Assembly: GCA_002402045.2 (NCBI GenBank)
Contig: NVUX02000006.1
Span: 49,095-113,094 of the forward strand
Source of the DNA: Paracoccaceae bacterium
GTDB lineage: Bacteria > Pseudomonadota > Alphaproteobacteria > Rhodobacterales > Rhodobacteraceae
DNA length: 64,000 nt
Direction of reading: 5' to 3'
Shown here: one piece after another, positions 1-7,571 of the stretch
Position numbering within the stretch: position 1 is the first letter of the stretch
Layout: the number at the start of each line of letters is the position of its first letter
Notes under the pieces: generated by a model
Databases searched by the model: none
Told to the model about the DNA's origin: nothing
What the model saw: the letters and a program-made list of their open reading frames with translations, nothing else
Position numbers and translations under genes: made by a program

Positions 1-242
1 TGCCTGAATGCGACTTGTACGTAACGTTGGAGCCGTGCCCGATGTGCGCCGCTGCCACAAGTTTTGCCCGCATCCGGCGGCTGTATTATGCGGCGAGTGA
101 CCCGAAATCCGGTGGGCTAGAACAGGGCCCGCGCTTGTATTCACACCCGCAATGCCACCATACGCCGGAGGTTTATGGCGGGGTGAGTGAAGCCGCGGCC
201 TCAGGCTTGCTAAAAGACTTTTTCAAGGGGCGGCGAGGCTAG
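1..242 (+). CDS. tadA: tRNA-specific adenosine deaminase TadA, C-terminal fragment (5' end upstream of window)
   Basis: Frame 3 is open from the window edge and reads PECDLYVTLEPCPMCAAATSFARIRRLYYAASDPKSGG. This is the PCxxC zinc-ligand motif and following helix of TadA/CDA-fold deaminases. Stop TAG at 240-242. Confidence 0.85.
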   Translation, partial: PECDLYVTLEPCPMCAAATSFARIRRLYYAASDPKSGGLEQGPRLYSHPQCHHTPEVYGGVSEAAASGLLKDFFKGRRG

Positions 243-620
243 CTTCACCTCAGCCACCCGCTCAAGATGCCAGATTTTAGATACGATCTGCCATTCGCCT
301 TCGCCTTTTACAAAGGCCAGATGGTCAACAAACACATTTTCATGGGCTTGCAACCGAAGCTTCACCGTGGCGCTGATCGGCGAGAGCCAGTCGATACACA
401 GGATCTCTTCTGCCCGTTTTTGACCACGTTTCGCTGGCGATGGGCGGCTGGCTACATCGGCCCGAAAGCTGGCGATCGGGTCTACAAATATTGTGCCGTT
501 ATCAGCATCAAAAAGGCTAGCGTTTTGGTGAAACACAGTGTCCAATTTTTCCGCATCGCAAAAGTAAATTGCGTCTAGATATATATCTATCGCCCTTAGC
601 AATTCTTTGGTTTTATTCAT
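210..620 (-). CDS. NTF2/SnoaL-like fold small protein (lumazine-binding-type family)
   Basis: 136-aa ORF with the pattern IDIYLDAIYFCDAEKLDTVFH...VFVDHLAFVKGEGEWQIVSKIW, typical of SnoaL/NTF2-like proteins. Convergent with tadA with a 33-nt 3' overlap. Divergent from the GlxA regulator. Confidence 0.6.
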   Translation of the reverse strand: MNKTKELLRAIDIYLDAIYFCDAEKLDTVFHQNASLFDADNGTIFVDPIASFRADVASRPSPAKRGQKRAEEILCIDWLSPISATVKLRLQAHENVFVDHLAFVKGEGEWQIVSKIWHLERVAEVKLASPPLEKVF

Positions 621-704
621 ATTTTTCTCCTTTTCTTCTGCATAGCAAGGCTTGTTATTGGCGTAAATGACATACTATGTTAAATTCTCGCCAAAGGAGT
701 TTCA

Positions 705-1655
705 ATGCACCGCGTCAAAACCCTCGCCTATAATGGCCTTTGCACCTTTGAGTTCGGCATCGCCACCGAGCTTTTTGCCCTGCCACGCCCTGAATTTCCT
801 TCATGGTACACCTTCCAGACCGTCGCGCTGGAGCCCGAAATTTGGGCTACGGGCGGGGTGCGAATCCGTGTTGACGGCACGCTTGAGGGCCTGAAAAACG
901 CCGATACAATTATTCTGCCGGGTTGGCGAGACCCTGCGGAGCGCCCCCCCGAGCCGCTTTTACACGCACTGCGCGCCGCCCACGAAAACGGCACGCGCCT
1001 GTTCTCCATTTGCTCAGGTGTTTTCATTCTTGCTGCGGCTGGCTTGCTAGATGGCAAACGCGCCACCACCCACTGGCGCTATACCGAGGCTCTGCAATCG
1101 CGTTTTCCGAAAATCAAAGTGCAATCCGATGTGCTTTATATCGAAGACAGCAACATCCTCACCTCTGCCGGAAGTGCGGCCGGAATTGACGCTGGCCTGC
1201 ACCTGATCAGGCAAGACTTTGGCAGCGCTATTGCCAATACCGTTGCCCGCCGGCTTGTGCTGCCGCCCCACCGTGACGGTGGGCAAGCGCAATTCATTCC
1301 ACCTTCGCAACCACGCGGTGGCCAAACAATGGCCGCACTCATGGAATGGGCGCGGCAAAACCTTGCGCAGCCGCTCCGGCTGAGGGCACTTGCCGCGCAG
1401 GCAGGGATGACCGAGCGCACCTTCCAAAGGCGGTTTCGGGCTGAAACGGGAATGGCTCCGATGGCATGGCTACGGCGTGAACGCCTATTTCATGCGCAGG
1501 CATTGCTGGAAACCACACTGGCCCCTCTTGCCGAAATAGCACATATTTCGGGCTACGAATCGCTCAACACGTTTCGCATTGCCTTCAAACGGGCGCTCAA
1601 TACCTCTCCCGCAGCCTATCGGGCACATTTTGGCGCAAAAAAACATCCGAGCTAG
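705..1655 (+). CDS. GlxA-family transcriptional regulator (DJ-1/PfpI-like domain fused to AraC HTH)
   Basis: 316 aa. The N-terminal half has a class-I glutamine amidotransferase-like/DJ-1 pattern (ILPGW, SICSGVFILAAAGLLDGKRATTHW). The C-terminal half has an AraC dual HTH (LAAQAGMTERTFQRRFRAETGMAPMAWL...ISGYESLNTFRIAFKR). Confidence 0.85.
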   Translation: MHRVKTLAYNGLCTFEFGIATELFALPRPEFPSWYTFQTVALEPEIWATGGVRIRVDGTLEGLKNADTIILPGWRDPAERPPEPLLHALRAAHENGTRLFSICSGVFILAAAGLLDGKRATTHWRYTEALQSRFPKIKVQSDVLYIEDSNILTSAGSAAGIDAGLHLIRQDFGSAIANTVARRLVLPPHRDGGQAQFIPPSQPRGGQTMAALMEWARQNLAQPLRLRALAAQAGMTERTFQRRFRAETGMAPMAWLRRERLFHAQALLETTLAPLAEIAHISGYESLNTFRIAFKRALNTSPAAYRAHFGAKKHPS

Positions 1656-1660
1656 ATACG

Positions 1661-1815
1661 GTTGCGCCTACGCAACCCGCGCCGACGAGGGGGGCTTAGC
1701 TCCCCGAGGAGGTGCGCGCGCGGGACTGTCCCGAGGGTGCCTTGGCTTCAGGGAGCTAAAGCCCCCTTCATCCAAGGCATTAGGAGGGGGATTTCATCCC
1801 CCTCGCGCAAGCGCT
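1661..1815. repeat. GC-rich intergenic element of nested inverted repeats (copy 1 of 2 in window)
   Basis: Nested inverted repeats: GTTGCG-CCTA-CGCAAC (1661-1676); GGGGGCTTAGCTCCCC (1690-1705) pairing with GGGAGCTAAAGCCCCC (1751-1766); CGGGA-CTG-TCCCG (1721-1733); TGCCTTGG (1738-1745) with CCAAGGCA (1772-1779); GAGGGGG-N6-CCCCCTC (1784-1803). It contains CCGAGGAGGTGC (1704-1715), which is also present in the 45973-46103 element. Confidence 0.6.
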
Positions 1816-1927
1816 CACCCCTAGGATGTTTATTCAAAGTAGAAATATTGGTACGTGATTTTTTCCTAAGCGCTACCTGCTTCACGTGTTAACATTAAAG
1901 GAATCGTTTTATTCGAAGGACCATATA

Positions 1928-2329
1928 ATGATCAAACGCCTTACCTTGCTTGCCCTCCTCATCGCGCCTATGGCACAGGCGCAATCCCTGACGGTCGAAC
2001 TGAATAAGCTTGTGGATGTTGAAACCGGTTGCCAGGCCTTTTTCTTGTTTCAAAATGGTCGAGACGAAAACCTGTCCGAGTTTGAAATGTCATTGGCCAT
2101 CCTCACGCCAGATGGCATTATTGACCGCCTGTTAACAATTGATGCTGCGCCGCTGCCCGCCCAGCGCACCACGCTAAAGCTATTTGAAATTCCTGACACG
2201 CAATGCGCAGAAATTGGCGAAGTGTTGCTGCATGATATTCCGGCCTGCACCCCACAAAACGGCGATCCGCTGGATTGCTTTTCGTTTCTTGAGCTATCTT
2301 CCCGCGCCGCCGCGCCACTGGTAAAGTAA
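1928..2329 (+). CDS. secreted/periplasmic hypothetical protein with 4 Cys, first gene of the ExbBD operon
   Basis: ATG at 1928 gives MIKRLTLLALLIAPMAQAQS, a Sec signal peptide with an AQA cleavage site. The mature part is about 113 aa and has 4 Cys. The stop lies 3 nt before the exbB start. The 1886 start in the ORF track is an unlikely extension. Confidence 0.7.
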   Translation: MIKRLTLLALLIAPMAQAQSLTVELNKLVDVETGCQAFFLFQNGRDENLSEFEMSLAILTPDGIIDRLLTIDAAPLPAQRTTLKLFEIPDTQCAEIGEVLLHDIPACTPQNGDPLDCFSFLELSSRAAAPLVK

Positions 2330-2332
2330 GAA

Positions 2333-2959
2333 ATGCTAAGTTTTTTCAAGGAAATCATTAGCGCCGGTGGGCCGGTGGTGATTGTGTTGGTGGTTTTATC
2401 TGTGATCTCGATCACTATCATTGCCTATAAGCTTTTCCAGTTTGTCGGCGTGCTATCAGGCCAAAAGCGCATTAACGCCGCCCTCACCCAAGTGCAGGCG
2501 CGCGATAACCAGACCGCGCTCAATGCCCTCAAAATGCGCAGCCCTGCCGAACGGGTGCTGGCCTATGCCATTACTGCCACACAAAACCGCATGCCCCAAG
2601 GCCTGCTGGATGCCGAGCTTCAGCGGCGCGGCAATGCCGAAGTGGAGCTGCTCAACCGCTTTATTCGCTTGCTGGAAGTGATCGCATTGATCTCACCCTT
2701 GCTGGGCCTGCTTGGCACGGTGCTGGGCATGATAGCCTCGTTTCAGGAGCTGGAGCTGGCCGAAGGTGCCGCCAATGCTTCGGTGCTTGCGGGCGGTATT
2801 TGGCAAGCCCTGCTTACCACCGCCGTTGGCCTTATCGTCGCCATTCCGGCTGCCGTGGCCGCCAGCCTGCTCAGCGCCACGGTGGAGCGCGCCAGCCACA
2901 AAATCGAGTCTGCTGTTGGACGCTTTAACCTGATCGTTAACGCCCCCGCCCCGCCATGA
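2333..2959 (+). CDS. exbB: MotA/TolQ/ExbB-family proton channel protein
   Basis: 208 aa with an N-terminal TM segment and a C-terminal conserved region (LISPLLGLLGTVLGMIASF...GGIWQALLTTAVGLIVAIPA) typical of ExbB/TolQ. Confidence 0.85.
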   Translation: MLSFFKEIISAGGPVVIVLVVLSVISITIIAYKLFQFVGVLSGQKRINAALTQVQARDNQTALNALKMRSPAERVLAYAITATQNRMPQGLLDAELQRRGNAEVELLNRFIRLLEVIALISPLLGLLGTVLGMIASFQELELAEGAANASVLAGGIWQALLTTAVGLIVAIPAAVAASLLSATVERASHKIESAVGRFNLIVNAPAPP

Positions 2960-3354
2960 AGCTGACCCGCCGGAAAAGAAACATGGCCCTGATCACCATG
3001 ACCCCCCTTGTGGATGTCATGATGATTTTGCTGGTGTTTTTCATGGTGACGTCAACCTATCTGGACCTCGACATGATGCCGATGGTGCAATCTGAATCCG
3101 AGGGCGTGGCGGCCCCCGCCGACCCTGCGCCTACACTTTTGATCCGCATCACCGCCAGTGGCGAGGCCCGATTGCGGGGCCAACCGCTCACGGCGCAGTC
3201 GCTGGCCAGCGCACTGGCATCGCAGCCCCGCGCGCGCGTTTTGATCCTGCCGTCAGGGGGGGCAAATGTGCAGGCTTTGGTTTCGGCCATTGAAACCGCC
3301 ACGAAGGCTGGTGCTGAAAACCTCCGCGTTGTGCGGCTAGAGGCCGCCGAATGA
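2956..3354 (+). CDS. exbD: ExbD/TolR-family biopolymer transport protein (paralogue 1)
   Basis: 132 aa. The N-terminal TM segment carries the conserved Asp (ITMTPLVDVMMILLVFFM). 4-nt ATGA overlap with exbB. Confidence 0.85.
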   Translation: MKLTRRKRNMALITMTPLVDVMMILLVFFMVTSTYLDLDMMPMVQSESEGVAAPADPAPTLLIRITASGEARLRGQPLTAQSLASALASQPRARVLILPSGGANVQALVSAIETATKAGAENLRVVRLEAAE

Positions 3355-3755
3355 AGCTTAAGCGCCGCACGCAGCCCCCCCCGCAAGAAACCATCGTATC
3401 CTTGATTGATGTGATCTTTTTCCTGCTGGTTTTTTTCATGCTTGTGGGCCGGATGGACGCCACCGCGCCGTTTGAAGTCTCTCCGCCTGTGTCGGCCGCA
3501 GGCGAGAGCCTACCCAAGGGCGGCACCACTATAGCGGTGGCCGAAAACGGCGCGCTGGCGCTGGATGGCGAGGCCATTGAGCGCCCTGCACTCTTGGCCC
3601 ACATCGCTGATCTGCTCAGCAAAAAGCCCGGCCTATTTGTGCGCATTAATGCCCATGGTGAGGCCCGCTTAACAAATCTTTTGCCGCTGGTCACGGCATT
3701 GGAACGGGCGGGAGTGGGGGATGTTGTGCTTGTTATCACTCCCAATCCAGCATGA
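3351..3755 (+). CDS. exbD: ExbD/TolR-family biopolymer transport protein (paralogue 2)
   Basis: 134 aa. The TM segment carries the conserved Asp (IVSLIDVIFFLLVFFM). ATGA overlaps on both sides. Confidence 0.85.
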   Translation: MKLKRRTQPPPQETIVSLIDVIFFLLVFFMLVGRMDATAPFEVSPPVSAAGESLPKGGTTIAVAENGALALDGEAIERPALLAHIADLLSKKPGLFVRINAHGEARLTNLLPLVTALERAGVGDVVLVITPNPA

Positions 3756-5377
3756 AGGCCGCGCTTTTTTGGATAACCGGCCTCGCGGCGTCGCTCGGCG
3801 CCCATGCCGTACTATTCGCTTTTCTAGCCCTTGCCACTGAGCCGGACCCGCTCATCGCTGACCCCGCCCAGAGCGGAAAAATCAAGATGACCAGCTACGA
3901 AGTGCCGCAATCCAAAGCTGCGCCACAAGATGCCAAAGGCGACGCGCAAACGGCAAATGCCGCCCAAGGGCAAGCCCTCAACCAAGGCCCTGTACGCGCG
4001 GAAACAGCCACGGCCCGGCCTCTGCCGCAAAGCGTACAGCCTGCCGAAGCACCCCCTTCCGAGCGCCCTTCCGCAATAGTGCCAGACAATACGGCCATCG
4101 CCGAAATTCGGAATGATACCGTGGTAGAGGCCAACAGCGCCAGCGGTGCACCCATACCCGCCTTGCGTGCCGAAGGGGTGCAAGCCAAAGCCGCGCCACC
4201 GCCGCCAGTTACCGCCGCTGCCGCGCTGACCGGCACACAAATTTCGGCAACCCCAGCTACAAAACCCGCCCAAAGCCCGCTAAGCCCCACAGCTGCGCCG
4301 CTGGCCGCGGCCCAAGCCCCCGCCCCCCAAGCCCACACTCCGTTGCCCGCAACCTTGCTCGCGTCAGTCAACACTGATGACCCTGCCATTGGCCCAACGG
4401 CGCCCAACGCAGGCGCCGTTCCCGCCTCTTCTCTTATCACTGAAACCAGCGCTCAAATCTCGGCGGACGGCACCGCTGCGGCGGCCAAAGCCCCCCCGGC
4501 ACAAGCAGCCCCAAGCCGCGCCCCTGATGCCCCCTTTGCGGATGAATCTCTGCTAAACGCGCCAACCATATCCGCCGCTACCGGCTGGTCGGGTGATACC
4601 ACGTTTGACCCAACATCCCTCGCAGCCATCCAATCCTTCATGCAACCGCTCGACGCCGGACAGCGCGCCGACACGCCCAGAGACGCCATCTCCCAGCTCC
4701 TCGCCTCTGTGCCCTGCGCCCGCCTCGCAGCCACATTTAACCCTGAAACCGGAACGTTAGAGCTGCGTGGGCATATCCCTGATGACAGCATCCGCGCGCC
4801 CATCCTCACCGCCATTCGCCAACAGCTGGGCGAAAGCATCCCGGTAGGCGGTTCGATGATCGTACTGCCCTCGCCTCAATGCGATGTGCTTTCTCGGTTG
4901 GAAAACCTCGGTTTGCCGCAATCAACAAAGCAAGCAAATGACCCAAAAGAACTCGGGGCCGTGACCCAGCTCACCACCTTTGATTACGCCGAGGGAGAGC
5001 GGGTCATCATTCGGATGAAATCCTACGATTTCCCCGCCTATGTATATGTTGATTTCTTTGATGTGGATGGCAATGTGCTGCACCTTCGCCCCAATGAATG
5101 GGAACCGCTGCAATATTATCAACCGGGTGCGAATATCACCGTCGGAGATGATGGCGCAGGCCAACCGGCTATCCAGCTCATTGTTCGCCCGCCTTTTGGC
5201 CGTGAACTTGCGGTCGCGTATGCAAGCTCCGTGCCGCTTTATGAAGGTTTGAGAGACCCTGTTGAGCCTGCAGAGCCTTACCTCGCTTTCTTGCGCGATC
5301 GCATTGCAGACCTTAAATCGGAGCACTCAGATTACAAAGGTGACTGGGTTTATATGTTTGTCGAAACGCACGAATAG
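3752..5377 (+). CDS. TonB-like membrane-anchored protein with long Ala/Pro-rich spacer and non-TonB C-terminal domain
   Basis: 541 aa. The N-terminal TM segment carries the TonB signature S-x3-H (GLAASLGAHAVLF; compare E. coli TonB SVCIHGAVV). A low-complexity A/P/Q-rich spacer of about 250 aa follows. The C-terminal ~250 aa are globular, without a recognisable TonB C-terminal motif. ATGA overlap with the preceding exbD. Confidence 0.75.
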   Translation: MKAALFWITGLAASLGAHAVLFAFLALATEPDPLIADPAQSGKIKMTSYEVPQSKAAPQDAKGDAQTANAAQGQALNQGPVRAETATARPLPQSVQPAEAPPSERPSAIVPDNTAIAEIRNDTVVEANSASGAPIPALRAEGVQAKAAPPPPVTAAAALTGTQISATPATKPAQSPLSPTAAPLAAAQAPAPQAHTPLPATLLASVNTDDPAIGPTAPNAGAVPASSLITETSAQISADGTAAAAKAPPAQAAPSRAPDAPFADESLLNAPTISAATGWSGDTTFDPTSLAAIQSFMQPLDAGQRADTPRDAISQLLASVPCARLAATFNPETGTLELRGHIPDDSIRAPILTAIRQQLGESIPVGGSMIVLPSPQCDVLSRLENLGLPQSTKQANDPKELGAVTQLTTFDYAEGERVIIRMKSYDFPAYVYVDFFDVDGNVLHLRPNEWEPLQYYQPGANITVGDDGAGQPAIQLIVRPPFGRELAVAYASSVPLYEGLRDPVEPAEPYLAFLRDRIADLKSEHSDYKGDWVYMFVETHE

Positions 5378-5421
5378 CTGGTAGCTCAGCGCAGCGGCGC
5401 GTCAACCATTTAAGTGTTACG

Positions 5422-5550
5422 ATATTGCACCCGCGCCGCGCAAAGTTTTTGCGCTTGCGGTAACGCCCTGCATCGCAGCTTCATTCTTTTTCAAATACTC
5501 AAAAAACTCAGAAAATGCACTGATGTTGTCGCGCGGCGCGGGTGCAATAT
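5422..5550. repeat. perfect 20-bp inverted repeat separated by 89 nt between convergent genes
   Basis: ATATTGCACCCGCGCCGCGC (5422-5441) is the exact reverse complement of GCGCGGCGCGGGTGCAATAT (5531-5550). An inner small hairpin GCGCAAA-GTT-TTTGCGC lies at about 5438-5454. Confidence 0.9.
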
Positions 5551-5606
5551 TTCCACGAGCAAGGACGTGGACGCGCCGCAATAGCCGAGGGAAGCGAGGC
5601 CGCGCT

Positions 5607-6317
5607 TTAGGCAGATGCCCGAAGCAACCGCTTGCGCGCCGCCGGAATCGCACCTATTTCCAAGCCCGTAAACACATGCAACGTATCTAGGTCCTTGTCC
5701 ACAACCGCATGGTCTGAGGTCCAACCCCCCATCAATAAATATGTGCGCAGCAAGGGCGGCATAGCGTGTTGAGCCGCGCGTAAATTTGGCTTACGCATTA
5801 AGCGGGCAAAGCGAAAAACCTTCGGGGCCTTGATTTTTGGCAAATATTTGCGCGGGGCAAGATGGCGGGCTTTTAAAAGAGCAAAAGCCTCCAGGTGGGC
5901 TTCGGCCTCAGCTCCGATAAAACTAGAGCAGCCAAACAGCATTTTCACGCTGTTTTCATCCACATATTGGGTCATCATCCCCCAAGCCGCGCGCAGAATA
6001 TCGGGGTTAGAATAACGTGGATCAATACAGAATCGGCCCATTTCAACCAATTTCCCGGGGTAGGCCTTAAGCGCAGAAAGCTCATAGAATTGCGCCGCAT
6101 AAGAACTGAAAATTTCGGACCCGTTTTCAAAGGGTTGAATGCGAAATGTGCAAGCAATTTTCCCTTCCGTAATGTCTTCCACCAACACATGAATGCAGCT
6201 TTTGTCAAAGCCATCAACATCGGCCCGCCCCTGCCGAAACACTCGCCCACGCAAAGCCTGCGCCATCCGCACATCCTCGGGGCTTTCAGCATAACGGGCG
6301 ATAAACCTGCGGGGCAT
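5607..6317 (-). CDS. GNAT-fold N-acyltransferase of the OlsB / 'putative hemolysin' type (COG3176-like)
   Basis: 236 aa. Pattern ARYAESPEDVRMAQALRGRVF...FDKSCIHVLVED...TFRIQ...ELSAL...LVEMGRFCIDPRY...MLFGCSSF matches the lyso-ornithine-lipid synthase/N-acyl amino acid synthase family from memory. Confidence 0.65.
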   Translation of the reverse strand: MPRRFIARYAESPEDVRMAQALRGRVFRQGRADVDGFDKSCIHVLVEDITEGKIACTFRIQPFENGSEIFSSYAAQFYELSALKAYPGKLVEMGRFCIDPRYSNPDILRAAWGMMTQYVDENSVKMLFGCSSFIGAEAEAHLEAFALLKARHLAPRKYLPKIKAPKVFRFARLMRKPNLRAAQHAMPPLLRTYLLMGGWTSDHAVVDKDLDTLHVFTGLEIGAIPAARKRLLRASA

Positions 6318-6431
6318 CTCACAAACCTTTGTTTATATTTGGGCGCTCAGCGGCTAGAATGAGGGCGAACTATTAACTACATGCTGCACAGGATATGGAT
6401 ATCCCCCAACTTTACAACCCCGAGAGGCCCT

Positions 6432-6824
6432 ATGAAACGCACCCCAGCCCTGCTAAAGCTCCACCTGTCAGACCTCGCCTATAAAGTGACCCAAAAAGGC
6501 GGCACCGAACGCTCGGGTAGCCATGATGACTTCCCCAAGGTCGATGGGGTTTTTCACTGCATCTGCTGTGGTGCGCCGCTTTATGATATGGATGCAAAAT
6601 TCGAAAGCGGCTCCGGCTGGCCAAGCTTTTTTCAGCCCGTCAGCACCGAGGCCGTGGCCGAAAAATCTGATAACAAGCTCTGGATGAAGCGCACCGAAAT
6701 CACCTGTGCCGATTGCGACGCCCATTTGGGCCATGTTTTTCCCGACGGCCCCGCTCCCACGGGCAAACGCTATTGCATGAACGGCGTGGCGCTTGATTTT
6801 CGGCCCAAAGACGAGCCGTCATAA
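6432..6824 (+). CDS. msrB: peptide-methionine (R)-S-oxide reductase
   Basis: Motifs GTERSGS, two CxxC pairs (CICCGAPLY, CADCDAHLGHVF), GWPSF and RYCMNGVAL are the MsrB/SelR signature. The start is moved to ATG 6432 (MKRTPALL) from the longer track ORF. Confidence 0.9.
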   Translation: MKRTPALLKLHLSDLAYKVTQKGGTERSGSHDDFPKVDGVFHCICCGAPLYDMDAKFESGSGWPSFFQPVSTEAVAEKSDNKLWMKRTEITCADCDAHLGHVFPDGPAPTGKRYCMNGVALDFRPKDEPS

Positions 6825-6875
6825 AACCGTCACTCGACCGCAGTAAACGGCAAGAAACGCTATAGGGGCAAGAAT

Positions 6876-7571
6876 ATGAGCATCAAAGTGCTGTTGGTGG
6901 AAGACGAAGAGGCCCTGCAGGGGTTGCTTGAATACAACCTGCAAAAAGAGGGTTTTGAAGTGGTGATCGAGGGCGATGGCGGCGCGGCAGAAACCGCTGT
7001 GGCCGAGCACAGCCCCGATATCATATTGCTCGACTGGATGCTGCCCAACAAAAACGGCATTGATATTTGCCGCGCATTGCAAAGCAAGCCCGAGAGCAAA
7101 TCCATTCCGATTATCATGCTCACGGCGCGGGCCGAAGAGGAAGACAAGCTTAAGGGGCTTGGCTACGGCGCGGATGATTATATCACCAAGCCGTTTTCGA
7201 TTTCAGAAGTGGTGGCCCGCATCAAAGCCGTGCTGCGGCGGGTTAATCCGGCGATCTCTCAAGACGTGGTGAGCTTTGCAGATATCACGCTGGACCGCAG
7301 CCAAAAGCGGGTTAAGCGCGCGGGAAAAACCATTGACCTTGGCCCAACAGAATTTCGCCTGCTCGAAGTGCTGATCCAGCGCCCCGGGCGGGTTTATGAC
7401 CGTGAGCAGCTGCTAGACCGCGTTTGGGGGCAAGATATTTATGTGGAAAACCGCACCGTGGATGTGCATGTCGGGCGGCTACGCAAGGCGCTGAATAAGG
7501 GGTTCAAAACCGACCCAATTCGCACAGTCCGGGCGGCGGGTTATGCCTTGGATGAAACTTACTCATCATGA
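6876..7571 (+). CDS. phoB: phosphate regulon response regulator PhoB (OmpR family)
   Basis: 231 aa, collinear with E. coli PhoB as recalled: LLDWMLP, MLTARAEEEDKLKGLGYGADDYITKPFS, VARIKAVLRR, GPTEFRLL, RVYDREQLLDRVWG, YVENRTVDVHVGRLRKAL. Confidence 0.85.
   Translation: MSIKVLLVEDEEALQGLLEYNLQKEGFEVVIEGDGGAAETAVAEHSPDIILLDWMLPNKNGIDICRALQSKPESKSIPIIMLTARAEEEDKLKGLGYGADDYITKPFSISEVVARIKAVLRRVNPAISQDVVSFADITLDRSQKRVKRAGKTIDLGPTEFRLLEVLIQRPGRVYDREQLLDRVWGQDIYVENRTVDVHVGRLRKALNKGFKTDPIRTVRAAGYALDETYSS

Noticed and set aside
1662-1892. 76-aa and 81-aa ORFs (1579-1824, 1662-1892) and the 72- to 103-aa ORFs around 45768-46158.
   Set aside because: They run through the nested inverted-repeat elements. 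The translations are Arg/Gly/Pro-rich, and the sequence is better explained as structured non-coding DNA or RNA.
3850-4560. Repetitive-looking GC-rich stretch that could be mistaken for a DNA tandem repeat or CRISPR-like array.
   Set aside because: It has no fixed-period repeat units or spacers. It is the Ala/Pro/Gln-rich low-complexity spacer of the TonB-like protein. I saw no CRISPR array anywhere in the window.
5417-5653. 78-aa minus-strand ORF spanning the 20-bp inverted repeat.
   Set aside because: It overlaps the 3' end of the OlsB-like gene out of frame. It has a very basic, low-complexity N-terminus, and both repeat arms fall inside it. It is kept only as an alternative explanation in the finding.
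6876-7571. phoB without adjacent phoR/pstSCAB/phoU, considered as an orphan regulator.
   Set aside because: The gene is intact and highly PhoB-like, and its partners may lie outside the window. There is no sequence evidence of anything unusual.
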